From Patescibacteria group bacterium (GTDB taxonomy: Bacteria > Patescibacteriota > Gracilibacteria > UBA1369 > UBA12463): 39,283 nt of DNA. Made by a program: the position numbers and the translations under genes. The DNA is taken from contig JBBTWG010000023.1 in assembly GCA_038062935.1 (NCBI GenBank), positions 1-39,283 of the forward strand, read 5' to 3'. The notes under the pieces were generated by a model, which was not told where the DNA came from, searched no databases, and saw only the letters and a program-made list of their open reading frames with translations. Below, one piece after another: positions 17,012 to 27,219 of this stretch. Numbering within the stretch: position 1 is the stretch's first letter; each line of letters starts with the position of its first letter.

Positions 17012-18250
17012 ATGCAAACTGAATTCGCTGCTGCTATTTCGCAACTTTGTGATGAGAAGGGGATTGATCGGGAGAAAGTCATGGAAACGATCAAGGCTGC
17101 TTTGAAGGCTGCGTATCGCAAAGATTATGGGACTCGGGATCAAAATGTGGACGTCGTTCTCGACGATATGACGGGGAATGCGACGGTTTTTTTGTTGAAG
17201 ATGGTGGTGAAAAAAGTGGAGAGTGAGGATCTGGAAATTTCTGTGACGGAGGCGAAGAAATACAAAAAAGAGGCGAAGGTTGGTGATGAAATCCGCATTG
17301 ATGTGACACCTCCTGGCTATGGACGCATCGCAGCGCAATCAGCAAAACAGGTGATTATTCAACGTCTCCAGGAAGCGGAACGTGATGTGATGTATGAAAT
17401 GTTCAAGGGTCGTGAAAATGAGCTCATCAATGCGCTCGTGCATCGTGTGGATGGTGAATTTGTGTATCTCAATCTGGATAATAAGACGACGACTTTCTTG
17501 CCGAAAGAAGAACAGATTCCTGGTGAGCGATATTATGGCGGTCAACGTTTGAAAATTTATTTGGACAAAGTGATCAAGACGACGAAAGGTCCGCAGCTTT
17601 TGATTTCTCGCAAACATCCGAATCTCGTGCGAAAATTGATGGAGCTCGAAATTCCTGAAGCGCGTTCGGGATTGGTGGAAATCAAGGCGATTGCGCGTGA
17701 ACCGGGCGTGCGCTGCAAAGTGGCGGTGTCTTCGAACGATCCGAAAATTGATCCGATTGGCTCATGTGTTGGCCAAAAAGGTGTGCGTGTCATGAATGTG
17801 ATGGCGGAATTGAACAACGAACGTATCGACATCATCCAGTATGCTGAAAATCCTGAGCAGTATATCAAGGCTTCCCTGAGCCCTGCGAAGATCACGCAGA
17901 TTCAACTGAACAATCAACAAAAACGCGCGGCGATTTTTGTGGCCACTGACCAACGTCCACTTGCGATCGGGAAAAATGGCCAAAATGTGCGGCTCGCTTC
18001 GATTTTGACGGGATGGGAAATTGATATCAAAGATGCTTCTGAACTCGCGACGACTGTGGTTGAAAAGAAGGTTGTTGAAAAAATTGCTGATCTCGGACTC
18101 AACTCACATGTTGTTGAGAAATTGGCGGCGGCGAATTTGACTTCTGTTGAACAGATCAAGGGGCTTTCGGAGAAAGATCTCATGTCTGTTGAGGGCATGG
18201 ATCATGACTCGGCCTTGGCGGTTTTGGAGGCTTTGAAGGGAGTGAAGTAG
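17012..18250 (+). CDS. nusA: Transcription factor NusA
   Basis: GRIAAQSAKQVIIQ, S1 and KH domains (AREPG.R.KVAV, GSCVGQKG, LAIGKNGQNVRLA), C-terminal HhH. Confidence 0.98.
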   Translation: MQTEFAAAISQLCDEKGIDREKVMETIKAALKAAYRKDYGTRDQNVDVVLDDMTGNATVFLLKMVVKKVESEDLEISVTEAKKYKKEAKVGDEIRIDVTPPGYGRIAAQSAKQVIIQRLQEAERDVMYEMFKGRENELINALVHRVDGEFVYLNLDNKTTTFLPKEEQIPGERYYGGQRLKIYLDKVIKTTKGPQLLISRKHPNLVRKLMELEIPEARSGLVEIKAIAREPGVRCKVAVSSNDPKIDPIGSCVGQKGVRVMNVMAELNNERIDIIQYAENPEQYIKASLSPAKITQIQLNNQQKRAAIFVATDQRPLAIGKNGQNVRLASILTGWEIDIKDASELATTVVEKKVVEKIADLGLNSHVVEKLAAANLTSVEQIKGLSEKDLMSVEGMDHDSALAVLEALKGVK

Positions 18251-18267
18251 ACCTTTCGAAGAACGCC

Positions 18268-18436
18268 GTTTGGGTGAGGTGAGTTTGAAAATTTCCGAAA
18301 AAGTGCTCCGGGCGCGACCCAAAGGAGGGTGTTTTGGCTACCCCGCTTAGCGGGGCTTCACGCCAAAAACCACTCTCTTTGGGGTCCCGCGTCCTCGCAA
18401 TTTTTTCGGAAATTTTCAAATTCACCTCACCCAAAC
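18268..18436. repeat. Long-stem structured element, family B copy 2
   Basis: 35-bp inverted repeat with one G.T pair (18268-18302/18402-18436); core homologous to copy 1. Confidence 0.85.
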
Positions 18437-18468
18437 TCCTTTTTTGTAAAATCTATGGTCAGAGCTCT

Positions 18469-19104
18469 TCAGGAAACTTTCCTCAATTCTTTTATTGCCT
18501 CATCTATGGCTTCGGCGATGAGTTTTTCGAGCTTTGTATAATTTCCGTTGTCGGCCTGTTGCAGCGCTTGAATGTATCTTTTTCTTCCGGATGGTGTTTC
18601 AACTTTCAATTCAACTGGAGGAAGATTGAGATTGAGCAATAGCATGCTGATAAGTAATCTTCCGATCCGGCCGTTGTAATCCTGGAAAGGATGAATCCAT
18701 AAAAAGCGGTGATGCGCCCATGAGAGAAACTGAATGAGTTCGTTCAAAAATTCATCATTCTCGATCTTTGGAATGTGCCGTATGCGTGCTTTCAAATCCT
18801 CAGCGAAATCTTCCATCACCTGAGGAATCAGATATGATTTTGGTGGCGAATGTTTTGATACGTGCACTTCTATTTTTCGAAACTTCCCTCCGTGTTCTGG
18901 GAAAATCCAACCGAATCCGATTTTATGAATCTTTTTCAGCGATGTCACAGTAATAGGAATTTTTTGGTCACGCTGGTGCTGTTTTAAAACAAAATCCCAT
19001 GCTCGTTTTATGCCTTCTATTTCTAAAGGAATTAATTTGGATCGTGGAATAATTCCAAATGTTGTTTCCTGATAGCTGGTTTCTCCGATTCGTTTTTTGG
19101 GCAT
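18469..19104 (-). CDS. Fic-domain protein
   Basis: HPFQDYNGRIGR, a variant of HPFx(D/E)GNGRxxR; GKFR upstream motif. Confidence 0.92.
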   Translation of the reverse strand: MPKKRIGETSYQETTFGIIPRSKLIPLEIEGIKRAWDFVLKQHQRDQKIPITVTSLKKIHKIGFGWIFPEHGGKFRKIEVHVSKHSPPKSYLIPQVMEDFAEDLKARIRHIPKIENDEFLNELIQFLSWAHHRFLWIHPFQDYNGRIGRLLISMLLLNLNLPPVELKVETPSGRKRYIQALQQADNGNYTKLEKLIAEAIDEAIKELRKVS

Positions 19105-19110
19105 ATAACC

Positions 19111-19281
19111 TTATGTTCGCTTGAGAACTTTCTTGACCATTTTTTTGGTTGTCTGTGGATTTTCAGTCTTTGTGGTGCGATATAACATTTTCTCGGCAAA
19201 ACTATGAAGGTACGCTTTTCGCTTCTTTATGCTCGCTTTCCTATATGTTTTCATCCCTGCGATGGTGGCTTTTGTCGTCAT
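19111..19281 (-). CDS. Putative Fic antitoxin (VbhA/FicA-like), 56 aa
   Basis: Below the ORF-track cutoff: MTTKATIAGMKTYRKASIKKRKAYLHSFAEKMLYRTTKTENPQTTKKMVKKVLKRT. TTKTEN matches (S/T)xxxE(G/N); it ends 6 bp before the fic start. Confidence 0.7.
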   Translation of the reverse strand: MTTKATIAGMKTYRKASIKKRKAYLHSFAEKMLYRTTKTENPQTTKKMVKKVLKRT

Positions 19282-19312
19282 GATGAAATTCTAATTCAAA
19301 TTATATTCCAGA

Positions 19313-20293
<981 letters not shown>

Positions 20294-20310
<17 letters not shown>

Positions 20311-20638
20311 TATCAATAAAAGTTATGATGCGTATAAGGCGATTATAGTCATGAATAATGTTTTGGAGAAACGGTGGAGACTTTCTCTCGGCATCAGTCT
20401 CGAAAAATCGATTCTCGATTTTCTGGAATATGCCATTATGGCCAAGAATGCTCCAAAATCATTGAAGGCTTCGTACCTGATTAAAGCCAGCAGTTTGCTC
20501 GAGATTTCGACTTTGAAATTACGCCTTTTCCTGGAACTTCAACTCACGAATGAGACAAAAATCTTCCAGATACAGGGCATGCTCGCCGAGATTGGCAGAA
20601 TGCTTGGCGGATGGCTAAAGGCTTCACAGAGCACATAA
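20294..20638 (+). CDS. avd: DGR accessory variability determinant Avd (four-helix bundle)
   Basis: 114 aa from ATG 20294; LPIINKSYD..KRWRLSLG..LRLFLEL..EIGRMLGGWLK; lies between RT and TR. Confidence 0.88.
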
Positions 20639-20657
20639 AAAGCACACCTTCTCTCAT

Positions 20658-20756
20658 CCACGGCAGACAGCGCAGGTTGTCGTTCGAATTGTCAGGATTG
20701 TTCCTGTCCAGATTGACGTGGTCGTCGTTCCAATTCGCGTTCGGCAAGTTCTGAGC
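20658..20756 (-). ncRNA. DGR template repeat (TR)
   Basis: 99-bp copy of 21065-21163 with 28 adenines and 10 AAY codons on the minus strand; all 15 mismatches fall on TR adenines. Confidence 0.95.
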
Positions 20757-20941
20757 ATGTGACGAAGTTTCTCTGATGAACATTTGCAGTCGCGACTGCG
20801 ATGTTCGCATTGGTTTGCTTTTTCACCCCCGCTCTACGGGGATAAACTTCGCTCAAACGTGAGGGGAGATGTGCTGATTGTGATCTCAAGACTTCTTTTG
20901 AAATTCAAAGTCTTTTTTATGAGAGACAAAATATGGCAGCC

Positions 20942-20999
20942 TCAACAAAATGTGGAGGTGACTGTTCGCCACGCTCCACATTGAACACTTTATTGTTGA
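20942..20999 (-). other. Stem-loop downstream of VR and upstream of TR
   Basis: TCAACAA..AATGTGGAG-GTGAC-loop-GCCAC-G-CTCCACATT..TTGTTGA; the A/C mismatch on + is a G.U pair on -. Confidence 0.65.
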
Positions 21000-21040
21000 A
21001 AAGATAAAGAGAAGAGAAAAGAAAAGACAAGAATCGAAGA

Positions 21041-21907
21041 CTAAGTTTCCATCTCGCCCTCAACCCACGGCAGACAGCGCAGGCTGCCGTACGAATTGCC
21101 AGGATCGCTCCTGCCCAGAACGACGCGGTCGCCGTCCCAACCCGCGTTCGGCAAGTCCTGAGCGCCAGCAGGTCTTTCAAAGGCATTCCAGGTATTTCGA
21201 TCCAAGACTTCTCCTTCTGCTATCTGGCCGGCCATTGCTGGAACGTAACCATGAGGAGGCATGATGCCAACACCTTTTTCGGCGAAGCGTTTTTTATATT
21301 CTGTGACCATTTGTTCATTGATTCTTCGATTTTCGTTTGTTGGAAAATCTGCATAGAGGATAGATTCATCAAGAGGATTTTCTTTTACTGCCTTTGTAAT
21401 ACCAAATTTCCATTTTTCTGAGCCTACTGTGTCCCAGAATTCTGGCCACCAGTTTTTGCTGTCCGTTTGGTCTGGAATTGTTTTGTTTGCATCGATTGCC
21501 CTCAAAAGGGCTACAGCTTTTTCTGGAGGGACCAGAACGAGTTTTTGAGCGCCAAATTCTCTCAATCCATCCAGCGTTTCGCCTGAAAGGCTTGCGAGCC
21601 AATTGGTGAGACCCTCTACAGTGGGAAGATTTTTCGCGTTGATGAGAAATCTCTCTGTCCATACGGCGAGTTTCGCTGCGAATTGAGATTCGATGGCTGT
21701 TAAAAATTCTGATTGCTCTGGTGTGCGTGTGCCGTCGAGACGGTCGAAAATTCTTGTCATGCCGCGTCTCACTCCTTCGTCTGTTATAAGCGCTAATTCA
21801 GCATCTGCCGGTCTCTCGAAATTAAAACTTTCTGCTGCTAAAAGTGCTTTTTGTTCTGTTGTGAACATGGTCCAGCTGTCTGGAAATTGACCGATTGTAT
21901 TTGTCAT
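21041..21907 (-). CDS. DGR target (variable) protein with a C-terminal VR, presumed C-type-lectin-like fold
   Basis: 288-aa ORF whose C-terminus AQDLPNAGWDGDRVVLGRSDPGNSYGSLRCLPW is the VR. Confidence 0.92.
   Translation of the reverse strand: MTNTIGQFPDSWTMFTTEQKALLAAESFNFERPADAELALITDEGVRRGMTRIFDRLDGTRTPEQSEFLTAIESQFAAKLAVWTERFLINAKNLPTVEGLTNWLASLSGETLDGLREFGAQKLVLVPPEKAVALLRAIDANKTIPDQTDSKNWWPEFWDTVGSEKWKFGITKAVKENPLDESILYADFPTNENRRINEQMVTEYKKRFAEKGVGIMPPHGYVPAMAGQIAEGEVLDRNTWNAFERPAGAQDLPNAGWDGDRVVLGRSDPGNSYGSLRCLPWVEGEMET
21065..21163 (-). repeat. DGR variable repeat (VR)
   Basis: 84/99 identical to TR; 13 A>G and 2 A>T changes. Confidence 0.95.
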
Positions 21908-22080
21908 TGGAGATGTTTGTTAGAAAACAAGATTGAATTTTAAGTGTATTTTGCCTTTTTGTCAAATTCATTTGCTCCATCAGCTTTGTGATTCTACAGT
22001 TCTTTCCGAAATTTAGCTTCCCGCAGCTTCCCAAATCCTGCTTTTTGTGGTACAATGGTTGGAAATACAAACCAAACCTT

Positions 22081-23793
22081 ATGGCTACGATTTTTGATCC
22101 TATGGCGGCTTCGGGGGGCGACGACGGGAACTCCGGGAAACTTGCGAATGGACAGCAGGCGAGTTTTTCTCAGGGGCTGACGACGATCAATCGCGATTTC
22201 AAGGAGAAGGAAGTGATGCGTCGAGCGGAGGAATTGAAGATTCCTTATGTCGATATTGCGCGGACTCCGGTGAATCCGGATCTCCTTCGGCTCGTGACTT
22301 TGGACATGGCCCAGAAGGCTTCCGTGATGCCTTTTATGCTTGTTGGGCGCGTGATTCGAATTGCTGCTGTGGATCCTTCGAATGTTGAGACTTTGAAACT
22401 TTTTGAAGTGTTGAAAGCGCAGCGATTTGAAGTTTTGCCACATCTCTGTTCGCAACAATCTTTTGAGGAAACTCTCCATGTGTATGATTTCGAAAAGGGG
22501 ATTGAGAAACAAAAATTGATTACGACGGTCGAGCATGATCGAATTGCGGCGTATGAAAAAGAGATTTCTTTGCTCTCGGAAATGCGGGAGAAAGTGGAGA
22601 AATTGACGGCGGATGAGGCGATGAATTTTATCGAAGTGGGAGCCATGAAAACGAATGCGAGTGATATTCATTATGAACCTTCGGCGGGGCTGACTCGTGT
22701 GCGATTTCGTATCGATGGCGTGCTGCACAAGGTGTTTGATTTGAATCAGGATGTCTACAAAAATATTGCAAATCAGATCAAGTATCGTTCGAAAATGAAA
22801 TTGAATGTGACGAATATTCCGCAGGATGGACGGTATAGTTTTGTCCTGAATAATGGAAAAGTGGACGTGCGTGTGTCTTCGATTCCTACGGAATTTGGGG
22901 AGTCTTTTGTGTGTCGACTTCTCGATAGTTCGAAAGGTGTGATGCATTTCGATCAGATGGGTTTTGCGGGAAAATATTTGGAGACGATGAACGGACTTTC
23001 AGGACTTTCGCACGGCATGGTGCTGGTGACGGGGCCTACGGGATCAGGGAAAACGACGACGCTGTACGCACTGCTCGCGCAGTTCAATGACACGGAAACG
23101 AAAATTATTACGCTCGAGGATCCGGTGGAATATCAGATCACGGGGGTGACGCAGAGTCAGATTGATGAATCGCATGGATACTCTTTTGCGGCGGGACTGC
23201 GGTCGGTGCTGCGTCAGGATCCGGACGTGGTGATGATTGGTGAAATTCGTGATTTGGAGACGGCGACGACGGCTGCGCAGGCGGCGCTCACGGGGCACGT
23301 GCTCCTGAGTACGCTGCACACGAATAGCGCGGTGGAGACGATTCCGCGACTTCTCAACATGGGCATTCCGGAGTTTATGATGGCGCCGGCGCTCAGCACG
23401 ATCATTGCGCAACGGCTCGTGCGTGTAGTGTGTGAGTGTCGCGAGATGGTGGCGCCGAGTGCTTCGGATTTAGCAAAATTTCAGGCGATGGTGGCTTCAC
23501 TTGCTGTCGTGCGACCGGACTTGAAAGTGGCTGTGCCTGAGACAATTCCGCGACCGGTGGGGTGTGATAAGTGCAGCAAGACCGGATACAAAGGTCAGCT
23601 CGTGATCTGCGAAATGTTTTCCATGGATCGTGAGATGGAAGAATTGATTTTACAAAAATCGAGCAGCGGGAAATTGCTGGAGGCTGCGCGGAAGAAAGGC
23701 ATGATTACTCTGGAAGAAGATGGACTTTTGAAGGTGGCGCAGGGGCTCACGACGATTGAAGAAGTGTTTCGGGCGACGAATATGGGGGTGTAG
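22081..23793 (+). CDS. GspE/PilB-family type IV pilus / type II secretion assembly ATPase
   Basis: ASDIHYEP, PQDGR, GPTGSGKTT, TLEDPVE, LRQDPDV..GEIRD, TGHVLLSTLHTN, and zinc-binding Cys residues. Confidence 0.95.
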   Translation: MATIFDPMAASGGDDGNSGKLANGQQASFSQGLTTINRDFKEKEVMRRAEELKIPYVDIARTPVNPDLLRLVTLDMAQKASVMPFMLVGRVIRIAAVDPSNVETLKLFEVLKAQRFEVLPHLCSQQSFEETLHVYDFEKGIEKQKLITTVEHDRIAAYEKEISLLSEMREKVEKLTADEAMNFIEVGAMKTNASDIHYEPSAGLTRVRFRIDGVLHKVFDLNQDVYKNIANQIKYRSKMKLNVTNIPQDGRYSFVLNNGKVDVRVSSIPTEFGESFVCRLLDSSKGVMHFDQMGFAGKYLETMNGLSGLSHGMVLVTGPTGSGKTTTLYALLAQFNDTETKIITLEDPVEYQITGVTQSQIDESHGYSFAAGLRSVLRQDPDVVMIGEIRDLETATTAAQAALTGHVLLSTLHTNSAVETIPRLLNMGIPEFMMAPALSTIIAQRLVRVVCECREMVAPSASDLAKFQAMVASLAVVRPDLKVAVPETIPRPVGCDKCSKTGYKGQLVICEMFSMDREMEELILQKSSSGKLLEAARKKGMITLEEDGLLKVAQGLTTIEEVFRATNMGV

Positions 23794-23801
23794 GAATTTC
23801 T

Positions 23802-24353
23802 TTAATTCATCTCTGCCTCTTCCAATGTGCAAATCCGACGATTGTGGTCGATGAGCGTTTCTTCATGGCGCGTGAGCGTGCCGCCCTGAAGTGCATCCAT
23901 CTGATCGCGTTTTTTGATAATGGTCACTACTTCATCCATCATGGTCCAGAGATTGTTTTGCATATCGCGCGTTTCTCGCTGCAAACTCAATGTTTCTTTG
24001 TGCATTTCTATTATCTCCCGCTGCATGGCCAACGATTTCAGATGCATATTTCGAAGCTCATGCTGCATTTCGATCATTTGAGTCTGCATATCTGTGACTT
24101 GTTGCTGCATGGTGCGAAGTTCCTGTTGCATGGCGCGTGATTCTTCGAGCATCGTGCGGTTTTCCTGTTGCATGGCGCGTGATTCTTCGAGCATCGTGCG
24201 GTTTTCTTTGTGCATGGCGCGTGATTCTTCGAGCATCGTGCGGTTTTCTTTGTGCATGGCGCGCAGTTCTGCAATATCCTTCTGGATTTCTGTTAGACCA
24301 TATTGGATTAATACCTCCTCAATAACTTTTCGGAGTTGATTGGCATTTGTCAT
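23802..24353 (-). CDS. Coiled-coil protein with 14-aa repeats
   Basis: (RAMHKENRTMLEES)-type repeats; Met/Gln/Glu-rich heptads. Confidence 0.75.
   Translation of the reverse strand: MTNANQLRKVIEEVLIQYGLTEIQKDIAELRAMHKENRTMLEESRAMHKENRTMLEESRAMQQENRTMLEESRAMQQELRTMQQQVTDMQTQMIEMQHELRNMHLKSLAMQREIIEMHKETLSLQRETRDMQNNLWTMMDEVVTIIKKRDQMDALQGGTLTRHEETLIDHNRRICTLEEAEMN
24120..24263. repeat. 42-bp tandem repeat, about 3.4 copies
   Basis: catggcgcg recurs at 24129, 24171, 24213 and 24255. Confidence 0.93.
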
Positions 24354-24417
24354 AGAATTGGAAATTAAGGATAAAAAAATAAAAAAGAAAAAACAATACT
24401 TTGGACTTGTAGAAATT

Positions 24418-25272
24418 TCAAAATATCACGAAACCGCCGGGGACTCTTTTGATCCTTTTTTCGGATTCGAGGATGGTGAGATTTACGAGGATTTCGGTGA
24501 TATTTTTGTTCGTTTCGGCGAGGATTTGGTTGGAACTTTTTGGGTTTTCGGGTGAGAGGACTTTCAGAATGTCTTGTTGCTCCTGTGGCAGATTGAAAAA
24601 TAATTCTGGTTGTGCGGTCTCCGGCGCGAGGCCGTAGGCGTGGAGGAGATTCGCGGGGTCGAGTAGGATTGTGGCTTTTGCCTGCTGAATCAGTTCGTTG
24701 CAACCTTGCGAATTTTCGCGGTTGGTGTCGCCGGGGATGGCGAAAACTTCGCGATTATTTTCCAAGGCGAGTGTGGCGGTGATGAGCGCGCCGGAACTTT
24801 TCGGTGCTTCGACGACGATCGTGACTTTCGAAAGTCCGGCGATGATGCGATTTCGCTCGGGAAATTGGAATTTATTGCCGGGCATGCTCGGTGGATATTC
24901 GCTGAGAAATCCGCCGCCTTGTTCGATGACTTTGCGCGCTGTGGAAAATTTCCTTGGCGGGATATGATCGAATCCGTGGCCGAGGACGGCAACGGTTGGC
25001 AGGCCTTGTTCGAGCGCTTCGTGGTGTGCGACGAGATCGATGCCGTCGGCGAAACCGCTGATGATTTGGAACGGATAATCTCGGAGAAATCGCACGATGT
25101 TGCGAGTCTGTGAAGCGCCGTAGAGTGTGCTTTTGCGCGTGCCGACGATGCTGATAGAACGCTTCGTGGGGAGATTTCCCCAGAGGTAGAGCGCTTCTGG
25201 TGGCTTGTGGATGTGTCGGAGGAGCTCTGGATAGTCGGGGTCTTTGAAGGGAATGATGCGGAAGTTTTTCAT
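24418..25272 (-). CDS. dprA: DNA-processing protein DprA
   Basis: YPELLRHI..PP, IVGTRK, ISGFADGID, FPERNRIIAGLS, SGALITA; C-terminal winged helix. Confidence 0.95.
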   Translation of the reverse strand: MKNFRIIPFKDPDYPELLRHIHKPPEALYLWGNLPTKRSISIVGTRKSTLYGASQTRNIVRFLRDYPFQIISGFADGIDLVAHHEALEQGLPTVAVLGHGFDHIPPRKFSTARKVIEQGGGFLSEYPPSMPGNKFQFPERNRIIAGLSKVTIVVEAPKSSGALITATLALENNREVFAIPGDTNRENSQGCNELIQQAKATILLDPANLLHAYGLAPETAQPELFFNLPQEQQDILKVLSPENPKSSNQILAETNKNITEILVNLTILESEKRIKRVPGGFVIF

Positions 25273-25354
25273 GTTGGCGATTGTACGCTCTGGACATGAA
25301 CGAAAGTTAACATTTTTATGAACTGTGTGAAGCTGTGCTATAATGCGCTCCAGC

Positions 25355-26476
25355 ATGAAAAAAATTGAGCATGTCAACTACGATATTCTGGACAAGGCGA
25401 AAGCGGCGTTCATTGTGGCGAGTCAGCGGACGGTGAAATTTGCTGGGGCTTATGGGTTTATTCCAGAGTCGGGATTTGGGTCTAGTGCTAATGTTTTTAC
25501 TCTCGATTTGAAACCTTTTTTGAAGGCTGGTGCGGAGAGTCTTTCGGTTACTTTGCTTCCTGAGGGCTTGGGGACGAGTGATGATGCGCGGCCGGAGGAT
25601 CTTTCGACGGAAGAGGCTTTGAAATTTTGGCATAATATTGGGATCAAAACGGTGGCGGTGATGACGAATGATGCGGCGGCGAGTGGGCTCCAGACCATTT
25701 TAATTTCCCTGTACTTGCCGAGCAGTACACCGGAAATTGTTTTCAATGAAACTTTTATGAAAGGGTTTTTGGATGGGTTTGTGGCGGGATGTGAAAAAGT
25801 GGGATGTGTGTATTTTTCTGGGGAAACGCCGCAACTGAAAGGGAAAATTCTTGAAGGAAAACTCGATATCGCTGGTGCGCTTTTTGGCATCTGTCCACCG
25901 GGGAAGAAACCTATCGACTCCTCGCGACTTTCTGCTGGCGATCAGATTGTTTTTATCGAAAGTTCTGGTCCGCATGATAATGGTTTTACGACGCTGCGAA
26001 AATTGGCTGCGGATTTGCCTCAAGGGTATCGCACGAAATTGCCAGATGGACGGGACTTCTATGACGCGATGAATGCGCCGACGATTTTGTATACGCCATT
26101 TGTGCAGAATTTACTTCGAGAGAATATCGACGTGACGAACATCGAACCGATTACGGGTCACGGATGGCAGAAACTCATGAGATCAAAAAAAAACCTTCGG
26201 TATGTGATTGAGACAATGTTGCCGGTGCCGGCGATTTTTGAGTTTGTCGAAAGGCACGCGAATATTTCGAAAGAAGAGATGATGAAGATTTTCAACTATG
26301 GTGTGGGAATGGCGGTTTTCACGCCTGGTGATGGAGAAAAGATTGTGGAAATTGCGAAGAAAAATGGCTTGAATGCGGTGGTTGCGGGCGTGACGGAAGC
26401 AAGTGAGCGACGCGAAGTTTTTGTGAAACCGCTCGGAGTGACGCTGACGGATGAAGAGTTTTTGTTGAAGAAGTAG
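25355..26476 (+). CDS. purM: PurM-like AIR synthase family protein
   Basis: NDAAASG, GET, SSGPHDNGFT, ITGHG, EMMKIFNYGVGM; divergent, with EGLGTS in place of DGVGTK. Confidence 0.75.
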   Translation: MKKIEHVNYDILDKAKAAFIVASQRTVKFAGAYGFIPESGFGSSANVFTLDLKPFLKAGAESLSVTLLPEGLGTSDDARPEDLSTEEALKFWHNIGIKTVAVMTNDAAASGLQTILISLYLPSSTPEIVFNETFMKGFLDGFVAGCEKVGCVYFSGETPQLKGKILEGKLDIAGALFGICPPGKKPIDSSRLSAGDQIVFIESSGPHDNGFTTLRKLAADLPQGYRTKLPDGRDFYDAMNAPTILYTPFVQNLLRENIDVTNIEPITGHGWQKLMRSKKNLRYVIETMLPVPAIFEFVERHANISKEEMMKIFNYGVGMAVFTPGDGEKIVEIAKKNGLNAVVAGVTEASERREVFVKPLGVTLTDEEFLLKK

Positions 26477-26525
26477 GATTGAGAATTTAGGATTTAGGAT
26501 GTAGGATTGAGGAGTTAGAATTTAG
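26474..26525. repeat. TAGGATT heptamer repeats (about 7 copies)
   Basis: taggatt gagaatt taggatt taggatg taggatt gaggagt tagaatt tag. Confidence 0.8.
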
Positions 26526-26532
26526 CTTTTTT

Positions 26533-27219
26533 ATGATCCGTTTCCAGCATATTTCGAAAAAGTTTGGTGTGCGTTCTGTGCTTTCGGATGTGCATTTTGA
26601 GATTGAAGGTGAGGAATTTGTGTGCTTGATTGGGCGCAGTGGAGCTGGGAAATCGACGCTTTTGCATTTACTTCTTGGGACTCAGAAACCGGACAGTGGG
26701 AAGATTTTTGTGGATCAGTTTGAGGTGACGGGGATGAATAAAAATGAGGCGGCGAAGTATCGTCAGAAGATTGGGATTTTGTTTCAGGATCACTGTCTTT
26801 TGCCGAAGAAAACGGTTTTTGAGAATGTTGCTTTGCCTCTCGAGATGACGAAGAATCATGATTCGTATGTTCATGCGCGTGTTACGGAGACTTTGCATCT
26901 CGTGGGGATGACGGGGAAAGAGAAGCGTTTTCCGCATGAACTTTCGGGCGGAGAGAAGCAGAAAGTTTCGCTTGCGCGGGCACTGGTGGGCGCTCCGCTC
27001 CTGCTCGTGTGCGATGAACCGACGGGAGATTTGGATCCGATTGCGACACAGGAACTTTTGAAACTTTTAGTGAAAATTAATAAGGGTGGGACGACGGTGA
27101 TTTTGTCGACGCATCACAAAGGTGTGGTGGATTTACTGAAAAAACGGGTTGTTGTGCTGAAAGAAGGGAAGGTAGTGAGTGACAAAAAGGAGGCGGGGTA
27201 TGAGCTCGAGAGCCTCTAG
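26533..27219 (+). CDS. ftsE: FtsE-like ABC ATPase
   Basis: GRSGAGKST, LSGGEKQ, CDEPTGDLD; no ftsX adjacent. Confidence 0.8.
   Translation: MIRFQHISKKFGVRSVLSDVHFEIEGEEFVCLIGRSGAGKSTLLHLLLGTQKPDSGKIFVDQFEVTGMNKNEAAKYRQKIGILFQDHCLLPKKTVFENVALPLEMTKNHDSYVHARVTETLHLVGMTGKEKRFPHELSGGEKQKVSLARALVGAPLLLVCDEPTGDLDPIATQELLKLLVKINKGGTTVILSTHHKGVVDLLKKRVVVLKEGKVVSDKKEAGYELESL

Noticed and set aside
20544-20810. 88-aa Asn-rich ORF as a second target gene
   Set aside because: It is the open frame of TR itself (AAY codons) and overlaps avd antisense.
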